Assembly: GCA_964016885.1 (NCBI GenBank) | Contig: OZ024747.1 | Location: 248,001 to 312,000, forward strand | From: Eledone cirrhosa | Lineage: Eukaryota | Direction: 5' to 3' | Length of the DNA stretch: 64,000 nt | Part shown: positions 13,707-27,336 of the stretch, one piece after another | Layout of the letters: each line of letters starts with the position of its first letter | How positions within the stretch are numbered: position 1 is the stretch's first letter | Program-made: the position numbers and the translations under genes | The notes under the pieces: model-generated | The model's input: only the letters and a program-made list of their open reading frames with translations | Database searches by the model: none | What the model was told of the DNA's origin: nothing

Positions 13707-14514
13707 TGTAGGTGTCACGACAAAAAAAACACACAGTCCACGCTGTAATGTGGCCGTGTAGGCAACACGGTAAAAACCTCCCAGACCCACACTGTAAATG
13801 TGGTTGGTGTTAGGAAGGGCATCCAACTGTAGAAAACCTGCCAGACAGTCCTATGCGAGCAAGACAATCACTCTTGCCTCAAGTGGGAATACCCCCGTCC
13901 AAACCCATGCAAGCGTGGAACACAGACGTTAAACGTTGATGATGATGATGATGATGATATACATACATACACATACAAGTACATACATACACACATACAT
14001 ATATACACATACATATACATACATACATATATATATATACATATATATACATACACACACACACATACATACACACATATATATATACATATATATATGT
14101 GTGTACACACAAGCACATAAAGACACATATATACATACATATATATATACACATATATATACACATATATATACATACATCTACATACATACATACATAT
14201 ACACACACAGAAACATACACATATGTACACACATATATACATACATATATATATACACATATATATACACATATATATACATACATCTACATACATACAT
14301 ATACACATACAGAAACATACACATATGTACACACATATATACATATATGCACATACATACACACACACACATATATATAGAGATACATACATATACATAC
14401 ACACACATATAAACATATATCTATATATATATATATATACACACATATATATATACACAAACATACACATACATACATATATATATATATACATATATAT
14501 ACACACATACACAC

Positions 14515-14545
<31 letters not shown>

Positions 14546-14660
14546 TACAAACATACACACATCCATACATATATATACACACACACACATACACACACCC
14601 ACATACATATATACCCACACGTACATACATCCATACATACCTACACACATATATGTGTGT
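13144..14660. repeat. Compound (CA/TA)n microsatellite field interrupted by an RTE 3' UTR fragment (13704-13955, +)
   Basis: Directly visible; the interruption matches the subfamily B RTE tail. Confidence 0.9.
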
Positions 14661-14748
14661 GTCACAATGTTCACTCAGATATTCATGTGTACACAGAAGA
14701 AGAGGGGGGGGGGGGTAGTGAAATGGAATTTTACCTCCGAGTGTTAAT

Positions 14749-15470
14749 TCATTTTTTCGTGTTCAGTAGTGGTTTAAATTTTTCAATGAAGAATTCTTCT
14801 TTATATCTGCGGAAATGTTCGTTATCCGACCATATCTTGAAGAAAGGGAAGATTGTGAATTTTCCCTTCCTGCATGATGCAAAGTGTGCGCTACATGTGG
14901 TATTTCTGACTGTGGGGTCTTTAATTTGTTGTTTATGTACCCAGACTCTATCATGTAATCCCGTTCCGGTTTCCCCAATGTAATACTCTTTACACTGTGG
15001 ACATGTTGCGCAATATATTAGGTTTTTCGTTTTGCAGTTCATGTTTGCATTGACCTTGAAATTATCATGGTTTTTGAAGGACAACTGTTTGCCCTCTTCG
15101 ATGAGTTCACAGGTTCCACATCTAGGGTCCCCGCATTTCGTCACTTGCATTGATTCCATGTTGGTCGTAAATTTTGCCTTGGTAATTAGTTTTTTAAGGT
15201 TGGGTGTTTGGCGTCTGCTATAAATTATCTGTGTGTTTTTTAAGAGTGCATTCATTTTGGTAGATTGCTGTAGAATCGGGAGATACTGCTTAGCAGTTTT
15301 CACAATGTTGATGTTCCCTGGGTTGTGAGTGATGACAAAAGTGATAGCAGGGTTTTCTTTCTTATGTTGTGGGTTTGGTTTTCTCAGTGTTGTTATTGGG
15401 ATGTTCTTAGCCTTGGAGATGGCTGCGTTGATGAGTTTCATCGGGTATTCATGTTTTTTAAGGAATTTTT
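14749..15470 (-). mobile_element. Penelope-like element C-terminal fragment with GIY-YIG endonuclease (Neptune-like)
   Basis: CGDPRCGTC linker, NLIYCATCPQCKEYYIGETG, RVWVH, SAHF and EEFFIEKFKPLLN. Confidence 0.88.
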
Positions 15471-15473
15471 ATG

Positions 15474-15539
<66 letters not shown>

Positions 15540-15642
15540 TATATACATATATATATATATAAATATATATACATATATATATACATATATATACATATAT
15601 ATAAATATATATACATATACATATATATATATATACATATAT

Positions 15643-16640
15643 ATCATCATCATCATCATCATCATCATCATCGTTTAACGTCCATATTCCACGCTTGCAT
15701 GGGTTTGGACGGGAGTTTTCCCACTTGAGGCAAGAGTGGTTGTCTTGCTCGCATAGGACTGTCTGGCGGGTTTTCTACGGCTGGATGCCCTTCCTAACAC
15801 CAACCACATTTATAGTGTGGAACTGGGAGGTTTTTACCGTGTTACCTATACGGCCACATTACAGCGTGGACTGTGTTTTTTTGTCGTGACACCTAGACGA
15901 CCTCATTTGTTTCGGGCTGGATGTTGTGACACCAACATAACTTTACATTGAAAGGGGTGGTGTGGATGGGGTGGGGGTAGTGGGACGGGGGTGTATTTTG
16001 TTAGAGGTGCCTACTGACTGTAGTAGGTTTCACTTTGTACTTAGGTAAGGCGGGTCTTCTCTATTACTGTGTAGCGCCAAAGCTCTCGGTCCAGTAACAT
16101 TGTCTTGGAGAGGTGTAAGTGTGTGAGGTCGGAATTTATCAAGTTGTCCCAGGTTTTTCTGGGTCTGCCTACTCCGTGGCTACCGTCTATTTTTATTGCC
16201 CTGCACTTTTTTATACAGCTGTCGTCTTTCATGCGCATCACGTGACCATACCAACGTAGTCTTCTCTCGAGTAAACAACATCTGATCCCTCTTATTTCTA
16301 ATTTCTCCCTTAGTACGTTTATGCTTTGCCGTTCACGTATATTACTATTATACATCCAGCGGAGCATGCAAGCTTCGTTTCTCTCCAGTCTGCGTATATC
16401 CTCTGCACACAATGCCCAGGTCTCACTGCCATGTAACATTGCTGTTCGTATGCAGGCATCATACAGCCTGCCTTTCATTTTTAGAGAGAACCCTTTAGTG
16501 GCCAATAGTGGTATAAGCTCTCTGAACTTTTTCCATCCCGTTCTGACTCTAGCTACTGTACTTTCAGAGCACCCTCCCCGACTGCTGATTTTATCACCCA
16601 GGACGGAAGCTGTCCACTATTTCTATAGAACCATCTGTGC
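15643..16640 (-). mobile_element. RTE LINE 3' fragment (subfamily B)
   Basis: ORF 16041-16505 reads [19 protein letters not shown]...[10 protein letters not shown]...GRPRKTW, followed by a 3' UTR and (TGA)n tail. Confidence 0.93.
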
Positions 16641-17020
16641 AATATATATATATACATATATATATATATATGCATACACACACATATAGATATACACATA
16701 TATATATATGTATACACACACACATATTTATATACACACAGATATGTATATACATGCACATATATACACACACACATTAAGAGAGAATGAAGTTTCAATT
16801 TGATGTATTTTTATTCTTCATCAGATGTAACATCTCCTTCGCAAACAATCAACTTGAAGTCTTAATCAATACGATTGACCTGACCCTTGTATTAATCTAT
16901 TCATCAGACGCAGCAATCAGAATATAAATATTTTTATATATGTAAACAGACCATCGGAGCATAGAGCTGGCCACTTTTTCTGTCTATGGAGGTATTTTTC
17001 CTAATTTTCTAAGCTATTAA

Positions 17021-17226
17021 CCCTTTAGCATTTAAACCGGCTGTATCCTGCCAGAATTCTCTCACCTCTTTCTATTCACACTGGCTGTAACCAGCCGCTC
17101 ATACTGATGTTAAGGTATTGTTCTCAAAATAAATATCATGTGAGATATGTGAGATAATTATGTGAGGTAAAGCCTTTACCATGAAAAATATAATAGTATA
17201 TATAGAGTAATGTAAATGCTAAAGGG
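17021..17226. mobile_element. piggyBac-type MITE
   Basis: TTAA|ccctttagcattta ... taaatgctaaaggg|TTAA: perfect 14-bp TIRs starting CCC, with a TTAA TSD. Confidence 0.88.
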
Positions 17227-17950
17227 TTAATATATATCGATCAATTCTAGTTACAACCTGCTTTGGGTTGCGTTCCCAAGCAGCATTACTCTCGGGCTGA
17301 AGAACACTGTTGATTGCTCTGACTAGACCTGGCACCTGCTTTGGGCAGCCCCGATTGAGGGGAATCTAATGATTCTGTGAGTTTCAATTAATTTTGAAAA
17401 TAAAAATAATCAAATATTTGGAATTTAATAAAATAACCAACCTTTTCATTAGTAAACTGATAGTTAGAACATTGTTTAACAAACATTTTCTATATAAAAT
17501 TATGACGGAAGGATTTAATATCAGGATAAAGATGATATAATTGACAGTTTTATATGATAAATCCAGGCAGTTTCAGGTGGTTTGGTATCAAAGGTTAATG
17601 ACTGACATAACTGTATACCTAGATATACTATCATCATCGTTGATTAACATCTATCTTCCACGATAGCATGGGTTAGATGGGTTTGTCCCAATTAGAAGCA
17701 AGTTGGGTCGGGTGACCATGACTCACTCATATAGGAGAGTTAAGACAAATAATGGGAGTAGTCATGGTTAGAAGGCTTTTCATCAAATTCTAATCCATGC
17801 TAGCATGGAAAATGGATGTTAAACGATGATGATGATAATGGTGATGATCTACTTGATCCAGGTTGACCAGACTAAACAACAATAACATATTTTCACTCAC
17901 ACACATACATACATATACACATATACATAATGATATCTGTAGGAACATAC

Positions 17951-18141
17951 CTTCTCACCATCTACTGCTTTCTCAGGAAACGATGGTATGTAGTGCTGAA
18001 CTGGTTTCTCAAAGTCAAGCAGTCCATTCTCCCACATTTTGGCCACTGCTGCCATGGTGATGGACTTACTAATGCTGCCAATCCTCGACACAGTGGATGG
18101 GGTGTATGGAATCCGATTCTCCAGGTCAGCATAACCAAAAC
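17951..18141 (-). CDS. LACTB: LACTB coding exon 3 (catalytic SxxK)
   Basis: ctgcag|GT ... AAG|gtatg, 191 nt. Encodes FGYADLENRIPYTPSTVSRIGSISKSITMAAVAKMWENGLLDFEKPVQHYIPSFPEKAVDGEK with the SISK motif. Confidence 0.96.
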
Positions 18142-19471
18142 CTGCAGGGAACCAATAAAGTCATGTGACAGGAAGAGAAGAATGAATGTTAAAAGGAAGT
18201 TATAAACTAAAGGTAAAGAAAAATATCAGTAATAAAGATAAACACATATATACCCTTTAGTTGTGTCAAGGACAACCTCCTTAGTGTTGGTAATCTACAC
18301 GATAAAAGTATCCAGTTCATGCTGCAAATTGGTTGGTGTTAGGAAGGGGATCCAGCTGTAGAAAGCTTGCCAAACAAGGGGTGTGTCAAAAGACAAGACA
18401 ACTTCACCTCTGCACTCGATAAAATGTATGACTGTACATAAATGAGATGCAGACCCCTTGGCCTGTCTGGGAAGTCAGTAGCTCCACTTCAGTACTAACT
18501 TGGTCTATGGAGACCCATCCAACCCTTGTTATCAATAAACAATGATGATACATACATGTATATACACAAACATAATGTATATATATATATAGAGAGAGAG
18601 TGAACACCTTAATTCTATTTCTTGTTCAGGTGGGTGTGAGAGGGGGTTAGTGAGAGTGATTCAGAGAAGAAGAACAGAAAGATATGAAGGAGGTAAAAGG
18701 AGACAGATGGAGAGTAATGAGGAAGAAGTGGAAGATATAGGTGCAATGTATCTCACAGCTTCCACACTATCATCCACATCATACTTTTTTCACATTGCTT
18801 GCACAGGAGGGGGCTTTTCTTAGCACCCAGTTCACATTGTAAAGTGGTTGGTGTTAGGAAGGGCATCCAGCTGTAGAAACCAAACCAAAACCAGTTCTGT
18901 ATGAGAAAGACATCAGACCTGGTTTGTCTCACAACAGGACAACTCATCTAACCCATGCTAGTGTGGAAAAATGGATGTTAAACAGTGATGATTATGATCA
19001 CAATCTGTTGTTATCTCAGTTGTGAGGTTACTCTTTACCATGCCATCCCATAAATACCTAGGTTTTCCTTTTCCACAGCTTCCACCCAATTTGAGTACCT
19101 TGCACTTCTCTATTATGTCATCTCCCATATGCATCACATGTCTATACCAGCATAGTCTTCTCTCTTCTACACTGCTTCTAATCTCTCTTATGCTACCCAG
19201 TTGGGAGGAATGGAAGAAAGTATAGAACCAAGGATGGTGAGGGTGATTGTAAGGAACTGGGAATGCAGTGTTGAGCTAAGAGGGTGGTAGTAGGGAACTA
19301 AGATTGAGGTGCGAAGTTGGAATGAGGACGGCCTCTAAGAGAGAGGTGTGGAACCAAAAGCAGAGAAGGAGGTAGGTGGTAAGCTGTCAAGTTAAGGAGA
19401 TGGCGGTGGACAAAAAAATGTTGGTAATACCTGCCATAAAATAGAAAACTAGTGAAGTTGAAAGAAGGTAC

Positions 19472-19538
19472 CTTCACTCCAAACATGTTCACCATCAATG
19501 CTGACTGCAACAACTAGGCCAGGGGTACTGCATTCAGC
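19472..19538 (-). CDS. LACTB: LACTB coding exon 2
   Basis: tttcag|GCT ... GAA G|gtacc, 67 nt, phase 0/1. Encodes AECSTPGLVVAVSIDGEHVWSEG. Confidence 0.93.
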
Positions 19539-20017
19539 CTGAAAAAGGATAATTATAAAAAGAAATATTTTTTTATCAGTAAATGTATAAGACAAGGTCG
19601 ATTGAGGTTTGAATCAGAGTGCAGCGGTTGTGTGGGTAGTTAGAATAAACATACATCATCATCATTTTACGTCTGCTTTTTCCCTGCTTGCAAGGGTGGA
19701 ATGGGAACTGATTCTGGCTTGATTTCTACAGCTGGATGCCCTTCCTAACACCAACCTCATTTACAGTGAGTGCTGGGTGCTTTTTTTGGCGTGGCACCTC
19801 CACGTCCACTTTACAGTGTATACATATATACATACAAGGTAGTAAAAACATAATATTTGCCAAAGGGGTAAAGTTTCTTTAATATAATTCTATTCTTTCA
19901 GTGACATGATATAATGTGGAGTGTAATTTATTTCCTAATATAAAACACACTGAGAAAGTAGTATTGTTTAGAAATAACCACAAATTTGTTTACTTATTTT
20001 TTGTACTAGTTATTACT

Positions 20018-20105
20018 GAAAATTATAGAAGCTGGATTCTTATAGAATTCCAGTAATAATCAGGAGCTGATGGAATTCTATAAGAATCCAGCTTCTATAA
20101 TTTTC
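20018..20105. repeat. Perfect 35-bp inverted repeat with 18-nt spacer (Penelope-like inverted end)
   Basis: gaaaattatagaagctggattcttatagaattcca (20018-20052) and its exact reverse complement (20071-20105). Confidence 0.9.
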
Positions 20106-20126
20106 GGCGAAAGCAGGGGAGTACGT

Positions 20127-20168
20127 GGCTCTGATGAACGCCAACCAGCGTGAAACAGACTGTCAGCT
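20127..20168 (+). ncRNA. Type I hammerhead ribozyme motif
   Basis: ggct-CTGATGA-acgc-caacca-gcgt-GAAA-cagactg-TC-agct, with a GUC triplet. Confidence 0.82.
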
Positions 20169-20343
20169 TCTCTCCCTTCTTTCGCTGAAAAGAAGTGACA
20201 TAGTCACTACTTTAAAACTGATAGTGTATGGTCTTCTAAATGTGTTTAATTAAACATATGGTATATTGCCAAATATACTATTCACACATTCATGTATACA
20301 TCGCTATTTTAAAGCACCAATCCTAATATATATATATATGTAT

Positions 20344-20401
<58 letters not shown>

Positions 20402-20429
20402 GTGTGTGTATATATATATATATGTATAT

Positions 20430-22203
20430 ATCATCATCATCATCGTCATTTTACATTCGCTTTTCCCTGCATGCAAGGGTGGGACGGGTCCTATTCAGCA
20501 CAGCATCTCTCCACTTGTCACGATCCTTTGTCATCTCCTCAGTGAGTTTCAGCGATCTGAGGCCTGCTCTCACCACCTCCGCTCATGTTTTTCGTGGTCT
20601 ATCTCTACTGCATCTTCCTTCTACTGGGATTTCTTGGCACCTCTTTACCCAGCGGTCATCCTATATGTGCATCACATGTCCATACCATCTCAGCCTTCTC
20701 TCCTGCACACCACAACTTATCCCTCTTATACACAGTTTCTTTCTCAACTCATCCATGCTTGGTCGTTCACGCACATTGACATTGCACATCCAACAGAGCA
20801 TACTTGCTTCATTTCTCTCCAGCCGTTGCATATCTTCTGCAGTTGCTGCCCATGTCTCACTACCATGCAGCATCGCGCATCTCACACAGGCACCATATAA
20901 CCGTCCTTTCATATGCAGGGAGAAACCCTTCTTTGTGAACAGAGGAAGCAGCTCCCTAAACTTCTTCCAACCCGTCCTTATTCTAGATGCTATGGCCTCG
21001 GAACCCCCCCCCCCCCCAATGCTAATCTGATCACTTAGATACCGGAAGGTATCAACCACTTCTATAGAACCCACCTGCATTGGAAAAATGTGACTATCAC
21101 TGTGATTACTACTGCCAATTTCCCTGTACATCTACTGCATAAATAGTTTTCCCTACTTGTTAGTTTGCCTACTATCCCACTACATCTCTTGTGTACCCAA
21201 GATCTGCATTGCGTACAGTTTATGGAATTTATGCCAGTTCCTTTCCTACATGGCCATTTCCCCGATGGAATCAGAGTATTGTCCTCTCTTCTACTTATCA
21301 ACACTTTTGTTTTAGCTAGGTTCACTCTCAGGCCTCTTGATTCCAACTGCTGTTTCCATCGCCAGAATTTATTCTCTAGCTTCTCTACTGATTCTGCTAT
21401 AAGAACCAGATCATCAGCATAGAGAAGTTCCCATGGGCATCCAGTCTTAAACTCCTCTGTTATGGCTTGGAGGACTATAATGAACAAGAGCGGGCTGAGG
21501 ACCGAACCCTGATGTACACCTACTTGTATCTGGAATTCCTCACTAAACTCCATTCCTATTCTCACTTTACCGACAGCACCCCTGTACAAAGTTTGCACTG
21601 TCCTCACAAGCCATTCCTCAACACCTAGTTTCCTTTGGGACCACCAGATGACAGATTGGGGTACCCTATCAAAGGCCTTCTCTAGGTCAACAAAAGCTAA
21701 GTATAGTGGCTTATTCTTCTCTAAGAACCTCTCTTGTAGTTTCCTCACTAAGAAGAGGGCATCTGATGTACTTTTCCGAGGCACAAAACCAAACTGCATC
21801 TCATCTAGTTTGACCCTTTCTCTAATTAGTTGTGCTAATATCCTTTCTGCCACTTTAATAACTTGATCCATCAGCTTTATGCCCCTATAATTGCTCCTCT
21901 CTAGAGCATCCCCTTTACCCTTGTAGCAATTTATGAGAATACTGCTGCACCAGTCTATGGGTAGGACACCACCATATATAGCCTGATTGATGATGCGTGC
22001 AACCAGTTTAGTGCCTTCTTCTCCTGATGTCTTCAGCATCTCAGCAACTATCCCCGACGGCCCAGCAGCCTTACCATTCTTCATTTCCTTAATCACCTCT
22101 TGGACCCTATATTCGTCAATCTCAATAGCTGGTCCCTCTGTTGGGTCTACTGAGGGTAATTTCTCTCTCTCACATTCGTTCTCCACATTCATCAGTCTCT
22201 CAT
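20430..22203 (-). mobile_element. RTE LINE fragment (subfamily C), frameshifted RT
   Basis: ORFs 21062-22192 and 20661-21131 carry RT motifs (LLYADD). The 3' UTR is short and ends in a (TGA)n tail. Confidence 0.93.
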
Positions 22204-22207
22204 AATA

Positions 22208-22249
<42 letters not shown>

Positions 22250-22411
22250 CGTTAGAATATGTGTAATTACACATATTCTAACGTTTATACCTCATTACAC
22301 AATGCTTCAAGTGAACTATAACCTCCTCCATATATATATATATATATATATGTATGTATACGTATATATATATATATATACATATATATACATGTATGTA
22401 TATATATATGT

Positions 22412-22556
22412 ATAGGAAAAAGTATGACCCGGACGAAACGGCTTGAGCTCTGCCGTCAGGGTCATACTTTTTCCTATTACCCACTCTACTACCCTAAGTA
22501 TTGAGTACTCTGGTGCGTTATGGTCCATCTGGTTCCTTACCACTACTCCTTCATTA
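22412..22556 (+). mobile_element. Penelope-like pseudo-LTR fragment (family of 38584 and 43680)
   Basis: Contains the 3' half of a hammerhead, GAAA-cggc-ttgagctct-gccg-TC, preceded by a 19-bp inverted copy of the downstream flank. Confidence 0.7.
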
Positions 22557-22857
22557 TATATATGTATATATATATGTATGTGTACATATATATATGTATC
22601 TATATGTATGTATATGTATATAAAAAAGTATCGACCGACTTTCGTCAAATCAGACCAAGGAAACAATGTTTTCGTCGGTCTTTCCAGTTGCTAATACTAT
22701 CTATCGGTTACAACTCCAGGTAGAAGGAGCAACGTGAAATAAAGCGTCTTGCTCAAGAGCATAACGCATCGCCCGGCCCAGGAATCAAACTCACAACCTC
22801 AAGATTGTGAATCCAATTCTCTAATTACTCCGCCACATGCCTTCATATATATATGTA

Positions 22858-23543
22858 TGTGACAACTTACTGCAGGCTACTGATGAAACTTGTGGTTGGA
22901 GCAGAGCTCCAACCAGACAGAGAGTGACCTGGTGGAGGAACAGCACAGTAGATAGGGCAATTAGAGACATAAGACTAGCATGGAAGGCTTGGAAAAAGGG
23001 TGGGAGTAGAGAAGGATATACAGCTGCTAAGAGAGAAGCTAGACGTCAGGTGTACTTAGCACAGAGGGAGGCTGAGAGTAGGAGGTTTGCCAATGTTCTG
23101 CGACGGGAAGATCAGAGGCGTGTGGTGTTCCACATTGCAAGGGAGTGTGTCAATGCAAATCAGGATGTTGTTGGAGATAAATGTGTCCGGAATGATGCCG
23201 GTGTACTTAGTGTCACGAATGATCAGAAAAAGGAGGCCTGGAAATGTCATTATGAGAGACTGACTGATGAATGTGGAGAACGAATGGGAGAGTGAGAAAT
23301 TACCCTCAGTAGATCTGACAGACGGACCAGCTATTGAGATTGACGAATATAGGGTCCAAGAGGCAATTAAGGAAATGAAAAATGGTAAGGCTGCTGGACC
23401 TTCGGGGATAGTTGCTGAGATGCTGAAGGCATCTAAACTGGTTGCACACATCATCAATCAGGCTATATATGGTGGTGTCATACCCAAAGACTGGTGCAGC
23501 AGTATTCTCATAAATTGCTACAAAGGCAAAGGGGATGCTCTGA
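22858..23543 (+). mobile_element. RTE LINE internal fragment (subfamily C)
   Basis: TWWRNSTVDRAI...KAAGPSGIVAEMLK...CYKGKGDAL. Confidence 0.9.
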
Positions 23544-25025
23544 AGGTGCCTACTGACTGTAGGTTTCACTTTGTACTTAGGCAAGGCGGGTCTTCTGTGT
23601 TACTGTGTAGCGCCAAAGATCTCGGTCCAGTGACATTGTCTTGGAGAGGTGTAAGTGTGTGAGGTCGGAATTTATCAAGTCGTCCCAGGTTTTTCTGGGT
23701 CTGCCTACTCTGTGGCTACCGTCTATTTTTATCGCCCTGCATTTTTTTATACAGCTGTCATCTTTCATGCGTATCACGTGACCGTACTAATGTAGTCTTC
23801 TCTCGAGTAAACAACAGCTGATCCCTCTTATTCTAATTTCTCCCTTAGTTTATGCTTTACCGTTCACGTATATTACTATTACATATCCAGCGGAGCATGC
23901 AAGCTTCGTTCCTCTCCAATTCTGCGTATATCCTCTGCACACAATGACCAAGTCTCACTGTCATGTAACATTGCTGTTCATATGCAGGCATCATACAGCC
24001 TGCCTTTCATTTTTAGAGAGAACCCTTTAGCGGCCAATAGTGGTATAAGCTCTCTGAACTTTTTCCATCCTGTTCTGACTCTAGCTACTGTACTTTCAGA
24101 GCACCCTCCACCACTGTTGATTTTGTCACCCAGGTAACGGAAGGTGTCCACTATTTCTATAGAACCATCTGTGCAATGGAATGAGCTAGTATTCTATGGG
24201 CACTTGCTGCTACTTATTGCACCTGAGCACCGGCCACATATAAAATCTATATTCTTAGTTAGCTTACCTGTGATCCCACTACGTCTTTTATGCACCCATA
24301 CTTTGCATTTGGCACATAAAATGGAGTTTCTGCCTACTCCTTTCCTACATACTGAGCATGGCCATTTCCCAGATGGGAACGGTGCCCTATTTTCCTTCCT
24401 ACAAACCAGAACTTTAGTCTTAGACAGGTTAATTTTAAGGCCTTTTGATTCTAGGCCATGCTTCCATGTTTGGAATTTCTTCTCTAGTTCAGCCATTGAT
24501 TCAGCTATGAGCGTTAGATCATCTGCGTATAGGAGTTCCCATGGGCAGCCGATCTTGAACTCCTCTGTTATAGCCTGAAGGGCAATAATAAATAGTAGGG
24601 GGCTAAGAATGGAGCCCTAATGAACACCAACTTTTACGCTAAACTCTTCACTATATTCGTTGTTAATTCTAACCTTGCTGACTGTTTCTTTATACATGGT
24701 TTGTATAGCTCTCACAAGCCATTCATCAACACCCAGATAATGGAGCGGGGGACTCTGTCAAAGGCTTTCTCCAAGTCAACAAAAGCTAAGTACAGGGGTT
24801 TACTTTTAGCTAGGTACTTCCCCTATAGTTGTCGTACAATGAAAAGAGCATCTGTGGTACTTTTACCTGACACAAACCTGAACTGCATTTCATCTAGATC
24901 AATTCGCTCTCTGATTAGTTGCGCTATTACTTTTTCTGTGACCTTCATGGCCTGGTCGATTAATTTAATGCCTCTATAGTTACCCCTATCTAGGGCATCT
25001 CCTTTACCCTTGTACCAGTTAATAG
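23544..25025 (-). mobile_element. Decayed RTE LINE (subfamily B)
   Basis: RT and C-terminal ORF fragments at 24823-25035, 24194-24496 and 23577-23777. Confidence 0.92.
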
Positions 25026-25139
25026 TGTGTCCCACCGTTCCTCTATATTGTATGACTCTAATTGCTCTTCCTTATATATATACATATATACATATATATT
25101 TGTATATATAATATATATATATATAAACATATATATTTG

Positions 25140-25173
<34 letters not shown>

Positions 25174-25176
25174 TTG

Positions 25177-25210
<34 letters not shown>

Positions 25211-25213
25211 TTG

Positions 25214-25244
<31 letters not shown>

Positions 25245-25389
25245 CATATATATTTGTATATATAATATATATATACATATATATTATATATACAATTAAT
25301 CGACCAGGTCATTAAATTATATAAATTATATAATATATATATATACATATTAAATTATATAATATATATATACATATATATTATATATT

Positions 25390-27282
25390 AAATTAATCGA
25401 CCAGGTCATGAAGGTCACGGAAAAAGTAATAGCGCAACTAATCAGAGAGAGAATTGATCTAGATGAAATGCAGTTCGGGTTTGTGTTAGGCAAAAGTACC
25501 ACAGACGCTCTTTCCATTGTACGACAACTACAGGAGAAGTACCTAGCTAAAAGTAAACCCCTATACTTAGCTTTTGTTGACTTGGAGAAAGCCTTCGACA
25601 GAGTCCCCCGTTCCATTATCTGGTGGGCTCTTAGAAAACTAGGTGTTGACGAATGGCTTGTGAGAGCTATACAAGCCATGTATAAAGAAACAGTCAGTAA
25701 GGTTAGATTTAACAACGAATATAGTGAAGAGTTTAGAGTAAAAGTTGGTGTCCATCAGGGCTCTGTTCTTAGCCCCCTACTATTTATTATTGCCCTTCAG
25801 GCTATAACAGAGGAGTTCAAGACCAGCTGCCCATGGGAACTCCTATACGCAGATGATCTAACGCTCATAGCTGAATCAATGACCGAACTAGAGAAGAAAT
25901 TCCAAACATGGAAGCACGGCCTAGAATCAAAAGGCCTTAAAATTAACCTGGCTAAGACTAAAGTTCTAGTTTGTAGGAAAGAAAATAAGGCGGCGGTCCC
26001 TTCCGGGAAATGGCCATGCTCAGTGTGTAGGAAAGGCGTAGGTAGAAACTCCATTTTATGTCCCCAATGCAAAGTATGGGTGCATAAAAGATGTAGTGGG
26101 ATCACAGGTAAGCTAACTAAGAACATAGATTTTACATGTGGCCGGTGCTCTGGTGCAATAAGTAGCAGCAAGTGCCCACAAATACTAGCTCTTTCAATTG
26201 CGCAGAGGGTTCTATAGAAATAGTGGACAGCTTCCGTTACCTGGGTGACAAAATCAGGAGTGGGGGAGGGTGCTCTGAAAGTACAGTAGCTAGAGTCAGA
26301 ACTGGATGGAAAAAGTTCAGAGAGCTTATACCACTATTAGCCGCTAGAGGGTTCTCACTAAAAATGAAAGGCAGGTTATACGATGCCTGCATACGAACAG
26401 CAATGCTGCATGGCAGTGAGACCTGGGCATTGTGTGCAGAGGATATACGCAGACTAGAGAGGAACGAAGCTTGCATGCTCCGCTAGCTGTGCAATAGTAA
26501 TATACGTGAACGGCTAAGCATAAACGAACTAAGGAAAAAATTAGAAATAAGAGGGATCAGATGTTGTTTACTCGAGAGAAGGCTACGTGGGTACGGTCAC
26601 GTGATGCGCACGAAAGACGACAGCTGTATAACAAAGTGCAGGGCAATAAAGATAGACGGTAGCCACGGAGTAGGCAGACCCAGAAAAACCTGGGACGACA
26701 TGATAAATTCCGACCTCACATGCTTACACCTCTCCAAGACAATGTCACTGGACCAAGACCTTTGGCGGTACTCAGTAATAGAGAAGACCCGCCTTACCTA
26801 AATACAAAGTAAAAACCTACTACAGTCAGTAGGCATCTCTATCAAAAAAAACCCCCGCCCCACCACCTCCCCTTTCAATGTAAAGTTATGTTGGTCCCAC
26901 AACATCCAGGCCGAAACAAATGAGATCGTGTAGGTTTCACGACAAAAAAACACACAGTCCACGCTGTAAATGTGGCCGTGTAGGCAACACGGTAAAAACC
27001 TCCCAGTCCCACACTGTAAATGTGGTTGGTGTTAGGAAGGGCATCTAGCTGTAGAAAACCCGCCAGACAGTCCACACTGTAATGTGGCCTTGTAGGCAAC
27101 ACGGTAAAAACCTCCCAGCCCCACACTGTAAATGTGGTTGGTGTTAGGAAGGGCATCCAGCTGTAGAAAACCCGCCAGACAGTCCTATGCAAGCAAGACA
27201 ACCACTCTTGCCTCAAGTGGGAAAACCCCCGTCCAAACCCATGCAAGCGTGGAACACGGACGCTAAACCTGATGATGATGAT
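25390..27282 (+). mobile_element. 5'-truncated RTE LINE (subfamily B) with an internally duplicated 3' UTR segment
   Basis: ORFs 25408-26217, 26172-26486 and 26601-26801. About 108 bp of the UTR is tandemly duplicated (about 26955-27180). Ends in a (TGA)n tail. Confidence 0.93.
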
Positions 27283-27336
27283 ATATATATACATATATAT
27301 TTGTATATATAATATATATATAGAGAGAGAGAGAGA

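Noticed and set aside
16790-16830. CTGATGA motifs at 16818-16824 (-), 30145 (+) and 53825-53831 (+)
   Set aside because: I could not build stem I, stem II and an NUH site together around them.
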